From the NCBI GenBank assembly GCA_030265395.1, contig JARFYF010000074.1, positions 45,236,645 to 45,300,644 of the forward strand: a stretch of DNA of 64,000 bases, in the 5' to 3' direction. Of the stretch, positions 56,301 through 64,000 are shown piece by piece. The position numbers were made by a program, and so were the translations under genes. The stretch comes from Rhina ancylostomus (Eukaryota). The notes under the pieces were generated by a model. The model ran no database searches. It worked only from the letters and a program-made list of their open reading frames with translations, and was not told where the DNA came from. Each line of letters starts with the position of its first letter. Position 1 is the first letter of the stretch.

Positions 56301-58992
56301 CATGGTCAAAGCCAGAAACTTCATAACAGTGATCTTTGATTGGTACTCTCTATAATAGGTTAGCACTTCATTACATTTGTATTCTGCATCTTGTAATGAA
56401 TCCTAGCACAATACGCATCTTCTTAAATTGTTTTCTCCCCCCTCTCCTTAACCACAACTTTTAGGAGGAGGAGTTCAAGAAATACTAAATCCTTTGGGAC
56501 TGTCTCATGGTCTGTAGTTATTTTAATCTAGCGTACCAAGAGAACGAGGTGACCCGAGCAACCATTAGCAAAAGAAAATGTACGCAGAGGTATATTTAGG
56601 GTTTGAATTTTTCTTTATTCTTGGATTCACTTTGGACTGTTTGGTTTATATTAGCATTTGGCAAAATCACACACTTCCAATTATTTAAAATAAAAACTAG
56701 TTAACTTTGTCTCAAGGTGCAACTAAAATTGGAAACTAATAACTTAACACATCCACTTTCAAAGTATTATTATCTTAAATTTATCACAATCACTGTCACT
56801 CCATTGATCCCAAATGTTGGGAAGATGGGCAGTCAATCAGTAGTCTATATACACATTTTGAAAGGCACGTGTTAAATTCTTAAAACTAAGATGAGAGTAA
56901 TTTCTGCGCAAAATAAATACTTTTTTCCACTTGGGCCTTTGGGGTGGTTTTTGTTGATTAAAACTAAAAAATTCACAATCAAAAGTTTATTTTTTGATTA
57001 GTAGATACAAGTATTAATTGCACACTCATTGCTTTAAAGGTTATTTTCAGACAAGAAAAACAGGTTTTTACAGAAAGGCATGTACTCTANNNNNNNNNNC
57101 TAAGCATCTGACAAGTTTGCATCATCTTTATTTCTTGGTAACCTTATCAGATAATGGTCTTAATGACAGGAAGAATAGTTGTCAATACAATTTGATTCTC
57201 AATAATAAGGAAATCCTTAGACTTGGAAATATAATGAAAACTGAATTTGACAATGTTGTCACTGTAAAATCACTCCCATAATGAGCAATACCAAACTAGA
57301 AGCCCAAGAGCAGAACTTGAGTTCATTCATTTATTTATTGGCTATAAAATTGACATGTAGGAATAAGAAGCAGTCCACAATAATGACTACTGACTAAATG
57401 TGGACATGGCCAAGCTTCTTCTTTCCAAGCACAAGGGTACAGTACTGGATGAACAATAAGATATCTATTTTTTTATTCTCTTGAGATTTTGGCATCACTG
57501 ACAAAGTCAGAATTTATAGCCACTCCAGTGCATGGTGAAGAGCCATTTTTTTGAACCATTGTAGAGCTTGCAGGGCAAGTTTTCCTGGAGTGCAACTAGG
57601 TTAAAAAGTTCAAGGATTTTCACATGTTGATGGAGAAAAATCAACATCACATTTCCTGATCAGTGAAGTGACTGTTGGCCTGGTGGTGATGATGGTAAAT
57701 TTTAAAAATAACCCTCACTTTGAAATTAATAATAAGACTTTGAATTTGGTTGCACTTTGAGACTAAAGGATGATGCATCTCTTGAATGGAGCATTTTTGG
57801 ATATTTTAAAAAAAAAACTTCATTTTAGAAATTGTAGACAGTGACTTACTTGTTCACCTGCTTCCTTATGTCTTACAAGATAGAGGTCATGGATTAAGCA
57901 GATGCAATCGAAGTTGGGACAAGTTGCTGCATTGCATTTTGCAGATAATACATAAATACAGTCACGTTACACTAGCGGTGAAGGGAATGCATGTGGACGA
58001 TTGCATGCTGATCATATAGGCTACTCTGCCTTGGATTGTGTTGAGTTTTCTTTTGTTGGAACTCTATCCTTCCAAACAGAGAGTATTCTTTTACATACCT
58101 ATAGCAAGGGAAGAGTCATTTACCTCAGCTCCTACACGTCACTGTTGCCTTTGATGTCAGCAGTAGACAATCACTGCAGCTCTGAAATTTTAAGTTCTTG
58201 TGGCCATGTTTCTACAAAGGCTGTAATGAGAATTAGAGTCATGCTTGTGGAAAAAGCTAAGCAGAGTGCAAGTGAGTAGGCCTTCCACTCTTTCCACCGA
58301 TCATTGGGAATAGATCAAGCAGCAGTAATACCAATGGAATGGTGAACAGGGAACACCATCACCTGATGTGCATCCAATGCAAAATTGTGTCAGATGTGCC
58401 GGAGTGACTCCTGCCAATGAGCATCTGTTTAAATATTGCTTATTGGTGGAAAACAACTCAGAAATGGTTGCTATGGTATTTCATTCTGGGGAAAAGAGTC
58501 CATTTGTAATTGCATATAGCAGAAATAAACATTGCCACCTACTTGAATTTCCAGCTAAACCTTAAGCCAGATGATGGAAGTGAAAATTATGGGATGACTT
58601 TTGCAAATGTGCTCAGCAATTTGTTACTGTTGATCTAAGTTGCCTCAGTCTTTATCTGTCTGCTTTCCCCTGTTCCTGGATTGAAAACTTCTCTTTTCCT
58701 CCCCCACCCCACGTTGTTTTACAGCCTCTCCCCCATTGCCCTTCCTTTTCTCTCTTCCACATAGTATGTCTGTTCAGTTTCTATGAGCATTCAGCCATTC
58801 TCGAGTCTGTGTACATCACATTCAAGACCCAGTGATTATTCCTGACTACAGGGTGTTATAAATAAACTATTTGCATAACTGCAGTGTAACCATGGAAACA
58901 TCTTGCTGTTTCTCCCTTTGTTTTCAGAAATTGATATTACCTATTGCGACAATGATACTGACACAGACCCGGATCATTCCCCTGCAGACTGA
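2262..58992 (+). CDS. DBN1: Drebrin (DBN1-family actin-binding protein), spliced CDS, 5'-partial (first coding exon lies upstream of the window); 14 exons, about 670 codons
   Basis: Exons 2262-2317, 18228-18340, 19994-20068, 22892-23041, 23841-23918, 25531-25682, 29475-29538, 32304-32381, 36105-36219, 39991-40113, 46479-46622, 51316-52028, 53363-53447 and 58928-58992 join in frame (2011 nt = 1+670x3). The translation follows human drebrin from ALYTYE to EIDIT. No C-terminal SH3, which argues against DBNL. Ortholog versus paralog is unresolved. Confidence 0.9.
4217..4361 (+). repeat. About 145-bp direct repeat, copy 1 (copy 2 at 8182-8327)
   Basis: About 95% identical by eye. Confidence 0.9.
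6750..8183 (+). mobile_element. 5'-truncated, internally deleted CR1 LINE
   Basis: [38 protein letters not shown] motifs and a CR1-like 3' tail. The RT core (PQG/ADD) is missing near 7590. Confidence 0.88.
8182..8327 (+). repeat. About 145-bp direct repeat, copy 2
   Basis: Matches 4217-4361 and starts exactly at the CR1 3' tail. Confidence 0.9.
8574..8870 (-). mobile_element. Full-length V-SINE with short-repeat tail
   Basis: ggaggaaaccagagcacccggaggaaacccacacagtcacggagagaacatacaaactcc is the reverse V-domain; tRNA-like head at the right end; a second copy of the tail lies at 17430-17536. Confidence 0.85.
10540..10945. mobile_element. CR1 LINE fragments (both orientations)
   Basis: Minus-strand tail at 10540-10640, followed by + strand [13 protein letters not shown] and QRFTGLIPG-like coding remnants. 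Confidence 0.65.
12663..12826 (+). other. Isolated axonemal dynein heavy chain (DNAH5/DNAH8-type) exon: [54 protein letters not shown](G)
   Basis: ttttcaAG|GAA...ACAGG|GTaaga, 164 bp, open frame. The peptide matches the recalled DHC_N2/linker region of DNAH8/DNAH5. No neighbouring dynein exons were seen. Confidence 0.85.
13310..13610 (+). mobile_element. CR1 LINE 3' end
   Basis: aactagaagggcatagaattagggtaagggg...acatttaagaactattta...atggacatggtgggcaaagggcct; related to 7920-8180. Confidence 0.7.
14300..14820 (+). mobile_element. CR1 LINE 3' fragment
   Basis: gccttggagagggtgtgcagaaaag...ttgttctccttggagcagagaa...gggctgaaaggcttacct. Confidence 0.7.
16090..16830 (+). mobile_element. Second CR1/L2-group LINE family, 3' fragment (KAQVR..EYSxLAWM type)
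   Basis: aaggcacaagtc...aatactcttcacttgcctggatgtgtgcagct and tail ttctcaagggcaataagggatgggtaat. Related copies at 21985-22260(-), 42215-42730(-), 43530-43910(+) and 57470-58190(-). Confidence 0.7.
17235..17700 (+). mobile_element. CR1 LINE 3' fragment (host of the SINE tail)
   Basis: ILTGLDRVD...[26 protein letters not shown]. Confidence 0.85.
17430..17536 (-). mobile_element. 5'-truncated SINE tail inserted in a CR1 fragment, with 13-bp target-site duplication
   Basis: Nearly identical to 8574-8670; flanked by gagggctgtggag (17417-17429) and gagggctatggag (17537-17549). Confidence 0.85.
18228..18340 (+). CDS. DBN1: Drebrin exon 3 (ADF-H): [37 protein letters not shown]
   Basis: ttgttcAG|...TGG|GTatgt, 113 bp; VMYGFCS and LPKYVLINW are drebrin hallmarks. 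Confidence 0.95.
18810..19070 (+). mobile_element. Decayed V-SINE
   Basis: gggttcaatcct B-box followed by gagtttgcacgttctccctg...ccacgtcccaaa. Confidence 0.7.
19994..20068 (+). CDS. DBN1: Drebrin exon 4 (ADF-H): [27 protein letters not shown] donor
   Basis: ttccttAG|GTG...CAG|GCaagc, 75 bp; homologous to VGEDVPDARKCACASHVAKVAEFFQ. Confidence 0.92.
21030..21250 (-). mobile_element. Decayed V-SINE
   Basis: Reverse V-domain (gaatgtacaaactcca...atcaaacttgggtcgctggtgttgt). Confidence 0.65.
21250..21950 (-). mobile_element. Decayed CR1 LINE fragment
   Basis: gagtgaagaaatttctc and aattgcacacagtattcca are reverse CR1 ORF2 C-terminal motifs. Confidence 0.55.
22892..23041 (+). CDS. DBN1: Drebrin exon 5: [50 protein letters not shown]
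   Basis: ccaatcAG|...GTG|GTgagt, 150 bp; retains the SSPVL motif (S142 Cdk5 site in human drebrin). Confidence 0.95.
23841..23918 (+). CDS. DBN1: Drebrin exon 6: [26 protein letters not shown]
   Basis: ttgcAG|...AAG|GTacaa, 78 bp; near-identical to human [26 protein letters not shown]. Confidence 0.96.
25531..25682 (+). CDS. DBN1: Drebrin exon 7 (coiled coil): [50 protein letters not shown](R)
   Basis: ttctctAG|...AG|GTatgg, 152 bp; E/R/K-rich helix matching drebrin. Confidence 0.95.
26289..26330 (+). repeat. Perfect 21-bp tandem duplication
   Basis: gggagatgtggattgtgcctg x2. Confidence 0.85.
29475..29538 (+). CDS. DBN1: Drebrin exon 8: (R)[21 protein letters not shown]
   Basis: ttttAG|G...AGG|GTcagt, 64 bp, phase 2 to 0 as required; aligns to human RKQQTLEAEEAKRRLKEQSIF. 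Confidence 0.85.
30570..31000. mobile_element. LINE/SINE 3' tail with (ACCAAT)n end, adjacent to a minus-strand CR1 3' end
   Basis: tttcactgtacctcggtac...aataaaccaataccaataccaat, then cctgcatttggccc...ctctcaccttaaacctatgcc. Confidence 0.7.
31640..31925. mobile_element. Two tail-to-tail CR1 3' ends
   Basis: + copy ends ggggagaagttgggagaatgaggctgaaaaaa; - copy reads tttttccctctcaaacccattctcctgccttctccccataacc. Confidence 0.7.
32304..32381 (+). CDS. DBN1: Drebrin exon 9: [26 protein letters not shown]
   Basis: AAG/CAG tandem acceptor just after an N-gap, GTgagt donor, phase 0-0. Acidic segment at the position of human GDHRDEEEETHMKKSESEVE. Confidence 0.75.
32520..32685 (+). repeat. About 160-bp diverged direct repeat (second copy 35276-35435)
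   Basis: Shared blocks ggatctgacag, aatagagcctagtt and cagcctctcattttcactggt. Confidence 0.85.
34000..35260 (-). mobile_element. Decayed Penelope-like element (GIY-YIG C-terminal remnant and terminal repeat)
   Basis: Minus-strand [14 protein letters not shown] resembles the recalled PLE endonuclease tail KLEEQHLIFRLG. Confidence 0.6.
34895..35023. mobile_element. Short Penelope-terminal-repeat/MER6-like element with 13-bp TSD and hammerhead-like core
   Basis: gactgcatatgctggaaatctggagcaac...gagacccttcatc, flanked by agcgtgtggtgga (34882-34894) and agcgtgtagtgga (35024-35036). Confidence 0.75.
35580..35995 (+). mobile_element. Penelope-like GIY-YIG endonuclease remnant
   Basis: FQMKQRF...PVTCHF...CKLQE*HLIFH*GT pattern, interrupted by a gap. 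Confidence 0.6.
36105..36219 (+). CDS. DBN1: Drebrin exon 10: [38 protein letters not shown](G)
   Basis: ccaacAG|...CCAG|GTatga, 115 bp; NPREFFKQ motif. Confidence 0.95.
38250..38790 (-). mobile_element. RTE-clade LINE 3' fragment
   Basis: Minus strand reads [29 protein letters not shown], similar to the RTE RT C-terminal CLRKILQIHWQDRRTNVSVLSQANIPSIEA. Confidence 0.65.
39991..40113 (+). CDS. DBN1: Drebrin-A (ins2)-like exon: (G)[40 protein letters not shown]
   Basis: ccctacAG|GT...CAT|GTatgt, 123 bp, phase 1-1. Same position as, and similar to, GRPYCPFIK...SPPRTPFP of drebrin A. Confidence 0.85.
40781..40864. repeat. Near-perfect inverted repeat (37/38-bp arms, 9-nt loop)
   Basis: tttagtcttgatcaacattatcattcattcaacagca-ccaaaaaat-tgctgttgaatgaatggtaaatgttgatcaagactaaa. 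Confidence 0.92.
42215..42730 (-). mobile_element. LINE 3' fragment, same family as 16090-16830
   Basis: Minus-strand ORF fragment [15 protein letters not shown] and tail tttattgcccatccctaattg. Confidence 0.7.
45365..45690 (+). repeat. Degenerate minisatellite (about 30-40 bp units)
   Basis: Recurrent aaagcagttcca / aa(a/g)gtaag units followed by pyrimidine tracts. Confidence 0.65.
46479..46622 (+). CDS. DBN1: Drebrin exon: [47 protein letters not shown]
   Basis: ctctacAG|...GCAG|GTattg, 144 bp, phase 1-1; aligns to human SPSDSSTASTPVAEQIERALDE. Confidence 0.82.
47520..48290 (+). mobile_element. Older CR1 LINE 3' fragments
   Basis: RRFTRM-like segment (ggagatttaccagaatg) and the CR1 3' tract ttttacacagagtggttgatatctggaatgtgctg. 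Confidence 0.65.
48340..50620 (+). mobile_element. Degraded CR1-type LINE ORF2 (APE endonuclease + reverse transcriptase + 3' tail)
   Basis: Fragments [66 protein letters not shown]; several stops and frameshifts; gap at 50358-50457. Confidence 0.93.
51316..52028 (+). CDS. DBN1: Drebrin large acidic/Pro-rich exon ([10 protein letters not shown]...PKPQDAE)
   Basis: Lies inside the 262-aa ORF 51255-52043; tctAG acceptor (phase 1), GAG|GTaaga donor (phase 0). LLCFD..LPAPP matches human LLNFDELPEPP. Confidence 0.9.
53363..53447 (+). CDS. DBN1: Drebrin penultimate exon: [28 protein letters not shown]
   Basis: ctatAG|...CCAG|GTgaga, 85 bp, phase 0 to 1; aligns to human ASEGYFSQSQEEEF...KPP. Confidence 0.85.
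53740..55570 (+). mobile_element. Cluster of old L2-like and CR1 LINE fragments
   Basis: Pyrimidine-rich L2-type segments (atcaccaccatgctcattggtcgacattggtt = ITxxLxxLHW-like) with a CR1 3' piece at about 54200-54450. Confidence 0.5.
58928..58992 (+). CDS. DBN1: Drebrin last coding exon: [21 protein letters not shown]
   Basis: Long pyrimidine tract ending ttttcAG, stop TGA at 58990-58992; matches the drebrin-specific EIDITCWDADP tail. Confidence 0.92.
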
Positions 58993-59281
58993 GCTCATCC
59001 TGTGATGCTCTCCAGTATGACAATTATGCTTCAAGTAAATGAAAATGACAAAAACTGCTAAGTTTTAATTTTAGTCTGTGTTTACTATTTTTAATTGTAA
59101 TAATTTGAATGTATTATTTTCTAAATTAACCTTATTGTATATTAATTCCACTCACAGCTGCTAGGTATAGTCTGCTGAAGCTGATATTATGTGACTAGCA
59201 GTGTTAACTATCACCAATTGCTTTTCAAGTACCATTTTCAAAAGCACAAATTTTGTGAAATGCTAATCGCTGTTGTATGAA

Positions 59282-60260
59282 AATAAACAGTTTCTGAAAA
59301 TCCAGTTTTTCAAACCATACCTCATTTGTACGTACCACACAATCTGACCTTATAGTTCTTTTCCTGTTCCATTTCTTCCCCCCTTGGAAATCTTGCATCT
59401 TGTATTTTGTTTTCTCACAACTCCCATGCCCAATGAGTATTTTCACTTGACCTGGTTTCCAGATAAACACTTGTAGCTCACAAAGATAGCATCTTTAGAT
59501 TGCTTTGAGAAAAGAACAAAGCTAACATTTGCTCTTATAGCCAGCTCAACTACCATGCTAACAAGAATACATTATAGTGTGACTTGGATTTTAACTTCTC
59601 CAGTACCATTTAATAATTTTTAACAAAATAAAGCAACAATAACATACTTCACTAATTGTTAGCTTCATTAGATCTTTGAAGAGAAACTAGTCACTAGTTA
59701 CACAAAGTATTCAGTACTTTTTTTTTAATTCTTAGAAAAATACTTTAAATGTAGATAGTAAATGAGGAGATAAAATTGCACAATTTGATAGAAATTTCTC
59801 ATTGCTTCTGAAATTTGGTTCCAGTGCATGCAACCAGAGTTAAATGTGTATACACCAATATAATTGTTAATTTGGTTCTTCTAACAGAGGAAAAATTTCC
59901 ATCCCTGTGCCCGATTAAATTTGATAGAATCATTTGCTGCTTGTTTCATGCAATTCCAATAACCAAGTTCCAGTTCTTGCTCTTACCCTTTATAAGCCTG
60001 TCTTCAGCTAATGGTCCCAAGGCTCTGTGGAGATTACAAATCGGTATTCAATCTGTCACTCCCCCTTATCTTTTGAGTGAATCTGATCTGGCAACTTGTG
60101 CAAAGCACATGAAACAACTGGGTGAGTAAAGCTTGTATTGTTTGGTGAACCTGGGTGTATGCAGAAAATCTGCAGAACAAGCATGGAGACATACTGAAGA
60201 ATGCAACAAATTGTTATGGAAATTTACATATCTCTGAAGTTGGTAGCACAGTCCAATAAA
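59282..60260 (+). promoter_or_regulatory. Candidate polyadenylation signals in the drebrin 3' UTR (AATAAA at 59282, 59627 and 60255)
   Basis: Hexamers in AT-rich, repeat-poor sequence after the stop codon; which one is used cannot be determined. Confidence 0.4.
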
Positions 60261-63189
60261 TATTCTGTATGCCATTTTAACAGCCTTAACTTTATCAATA
60301 CCTGCATTGATTACAAAAGCAAATTAGCTGCATTTGTGATATCATGCATGTCCTCTAGACTCAAACGATGTCACAAGCCAGAACAAGCACAGCCCATGGA
60401 AAAGCTTCGACAGGATGTGGAACCATGCCCCAAGCTTAGCTGGTTGTCAAAACTTCCAAGAAACTTCCTGCTTGTAGGGCTCGTTCTGTGCAACACTTGA
60501 AGAATGCAGTAGATGCCCAGAATGATGGTGACAGCTCTGCTGAAGGTTGGGCCACAGCCCTTTGCACGATAATCCAAAAATGAGATCATAGGTAGAGGGA
60601 TCCAGAGCATCTCCACACACTGTTCTCATGCAATACAGCCTTCTGGCTCTCGGGAGGCAGCCATACAGGGATCTCCTTGTGGCAGCATTCAAACAACTAA
60701 CCAAGCACAGGGTGATTTCAGTTCGATGTGAAAAGATGAAAAAAAAACAAAAACAGAAAATGCTGCGAACAGCCAGCAGGTCAGGTGGCATCTACTTAAA
60801 TAGAAACTGAATTAGCATTTCAGGTTGAGACCCTTTGTCAAAACTGGTAAAGAGTAAAAAGGAAGAAAATGTTAAATAGAGATTGAGTTTTAAAGAGTTT
60901 TTTGCTGTTGCATTGACGTTCTTGGCTATTTAAAAGACCAACCCAATGATTGCAATATGGAGATGGATCTATGAACTGACTCAGATGGCACGAGTAATGG
61001 TGTACTTCAGGCAGAATTTACTCAAGACAAAGATCACCTCAGTGCCTTTATGTCCCTGACATCACTGCCTCACTTTCCTCCTCTTGGGCTAGCTGCCGTG
61101 TTGGCCACACTGAACTACATAACGATGTGACAAACTCACTCAGTAATATGACACATCTCCTTCCCATTGCTGTAGCAAAAATAACTACAAGAAACAAGTA
61201 GGGCCAGGTCAGTGGTCTCTATAGCCTTACTGTGGTTTATGTTCTCAAGATCTGCCAAAAGTCTCCAATAAAGTTAAAATAGCTATTCAGAGAGCCATGT
61301 TAAAAGGTGGTGCTGAGCCCTGTAGATTCCATTGCCAAGTGTTTGTGGTGTGTTTTCTGAATGATTGATTTAAACACTCCCAAGCACCAGTTTCCCAAAA
61401 GGATCCTATTCAAGCACAAGACCTTCACTTACATATTTTGATAACCAGCATTTGGTTTCAAACATTACAGAAGGGAAATGTCCCAAGGCGTGCCTTTAAC
61501 AATGTGGCAGTGGTCACATTTTGGCAGAACTCCAGGCATAGAGTGCCAACATGGAACTTGGTGCACCAATGTCAAATTAGTGCCCAAAATCTAGCGGGAC
61601 CATGATGGGGGAAATCTGACAAATTTAACTGGAATGTTATGCTGTTAATCAGGCATAGCTATCATGTAATCTACATTAAAAGGCTCAATTTTTGTTTGAG
61701 AGAGGGATTTGAGATTATTTTTAGAATATAAATGTAAGTGATGTCTATATATGTCAGATACTTAAAAATCAAATTATTGCTAAAGCTCTGGAGACAATTA
61801 CTTTGCTTCCCATTATGGGATAACACAGCATTTGAGCTGGGAGAAACTGTGACTGTAAGGATGACGGTTAGAAGCATAGACTATTATAAAAATCTCCTAC
61901 AGAAATCATTCTGAAAGTATATTTCAAGGAAATGCAGCATGTGCAAATTAATAAAAATTTGTTCAGTGACATCACCTCATAATATTAGCAGGAGTGTCAC
62001 TGAATATTCCCTATATACTTGAAATAATTCAAAATTCAGTCAACTCCAGGAAATTAATGCTTTGGTTTATAGCAGTCTCCTTTGGTGACTGGCTCAAGCC
62101 TATTCCTTTTTCCCTTTTTGTTTAGAATATTGTTGTTTTCTAGATATCTGGACAGGTGGCTTCAGAAAGATCTCTTCAAGATTCACTTGATAGAATCACA
62201 GGAGTGGTTNNNNNNNNNNNNNNNNNNNNNNNNNNNNNNNNNNNNNNNNNNNNNNNNNNNNNNNNNNNNNNNNNNNNNNNNNNNNNNNNNNNNNNNNNNN
62301 NNNNNNNNNTGGTTACAGCACAGAAGGAGCCCATCAAGTTGGAGCAATACAGCTAGTCTCACACCCTTGCTTGCTCCTTACAGGCCTGTAAATTCTCTTT
62401 TCAGATACTTAACCAGCTCCCTTTTGAACACTACAAGTGGCTGCGCATTCCAGACCCTAACCATCCACATGGAATAAAGATAATCCTCACGTGACTTGTG
62501 ATTTTACCAGTCACCTTCATCCCACATCCTCTGCCTTTGACCACTCTACAATGGGAACAGTTTCTCTTTGCACCCTTCATAATATTAAATACTTTTATCC
62601 GATTCACTCCAACTGCTTTGTGCAGGAACAACAACCACAACTTCTCCAATCTACCTGCACCTTCATCCTTCAAATCTTTTTTTGGTAACTTTCTCTTGCA
62701 ATCTACTTGACGCCTTTATATCTTTCCCAAAGTAGAGCATTCGAACTGGACAATAACTTAAATGAAGGATACATTGTGAAATTTCCTCCCTTATTTCCCC
62801 TCAACAAACTAAGATCCATTCCCTCTAGACTAAGTGATTTATCCACTTTGAGTGCAGCTAATCATTCTAGGACACTTCAAGCATTTCTAGCCCCCTTCAA
62901 GCATTTCTAGCCCATCCACAATCTCAACCATACCTTCCTTTGAGACTCCAGCAACATTTTCTCCCTTCATGAAGACCAAATAACTAAGCCATGACCTCTG
63001 TCTCAATGCAGAGATTTCCTCATTGTTCACTGGTCAGCTCCATTTCCCCTTATACCCTTCTGTTCAATCCAGAAGCGTAATCCCACCCATATTGTTCCTT
63101 CACTCTGAGTTAGATTCTACCCTTAGTTGCTCCAGGACACTCCAATATTCTCCTTAATCAATACTGCAACTCTTGTTTTTCTTCCCTTT

Positions 63190-63397
63190 CTAAGTGCATG
63201 GAAGTGAAATGTTATTTGTCTGAAATTCCTTGCAACACAATCTTGACAGGAGGGTCTTGTTTAAAAGAGATGATGCAAATTCGGGACTGTCAACAACATT
63301 TGAGGAGGCTGACATATGTCTAATTACATGTAGTTCAGTAACAGTCTGCAACTGGGAAGTGGATCCAATTCTTTCTCTTGATATCTCCCTCAGTGGT
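63190..63397 (-). CDS. Candidate terminal coding exon of an unidentified convergent gene: (R)PLREISRERIGSTSQLQTVTELHVIRHMSASS...ISLPCT*
   Basis: Minus-strand ctgac...actttctctgcAG acceptor, then 69 codons (68 residues plus TAG); does not look like a repeat. Product not recognised. Confidence 0.35.
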
Positions 63398-64000
63398 CTG
63401 CAGAGAAAGTGTTTATGTCAGAAACCAAAAGAGGAACTCAGTGGTGAAGCAGACTCATTGTTGAGTGACCTTTTCTTGTTCTTGTAAATGAACAATTCAT
63501 TTTGGAACACAAGTTCTCGTTAACAAGTTTTTATCTAAATGATATTTGTTCACAAAATAGCAACACAATGAGCATTGGTAATGTGACTCAACCACGTGAG
63601 GAGATAAATACAATATTGTCATTCATTTGGAAATAAATGTCATCCAAAATAATGAGCTTGTTACTTTGGGACATTGTAATTTCAGCAAATGTCATCATGA
63701 AAGGGAATGATAATCCATGAGGGGAACTCCATCAGGATGCTGTCATTCCCCGGTGTTCTCACAAGTTGATTTGTTATCTTCCTGCGCTAATCATCCCTTC
63801 AACTGATCGTGATCCTGTCACTCCCATCTCCAGAATTCAGGTCTTTTGCTGATGAAAGCAGTGGGAGCAACTAGTTATATACAGGGTGTAACATATTTAT
63901 GCTAAACAGCAAGTGCATTTAAACAGGCTACATTATGGTCAGCTCATCAGTTGATATATCTGGAAATGGGAGTCATTCTATGATGTACATTGCCTCTTAT

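Noticed and set aside
61961-62004. Short inverted repeat ttcagtgaca/tgtcactgaa
   Set aside because: Only about 10 perfect bp; too weak to call.
62875-62913. About 20-bp tandem duplication cttcaagcatttctagccc
   Set aside because: Simple slippage duplication within decayed LINE sequence.

Overview
Eukaryotic, CpG-depleted, repeat-rich vertebrate DNA from a gapped scaffold with ten N-runs. The repeat families (CR1 LINEs, V-domain/HE1-like SINEs, Penelope-derived elements) point to a cartilaginous fish, probably a ray; this is an inference. The window is dominated by one + strand multi-exon drebrin (DBN1-family) gene, missing only its first coding exon. I traced 14 coding exons (2262-58992) by splice sites and phase. 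They join into 2011 nt of uninterrupted frame: ADF-H domain, coiled-coil/helical region, a drebrin-A (ins2)-like exon, a long acidic exon and the EIDIT C-terminus. Introns are filled with decayed retroelements, and almost all ORF-track entries are spurious or LINE remnants. No prokaryote-type system is present. Main oddities: an intact orphan axonemal dynein (DNAH5/DNAH8-type) exon inside drebrin intron 2; a divergent drebrin with DBNL-like segments, no PPxxF Homer motifs and several clathrin-box-like motifs; a GC-AG intron; a near-perfect 84-nt hairpin; local duplications; and a candidate terminal exon of an unidentified minus-strand gene at the right end. All family assignments are from recalled sequences, not database searches.
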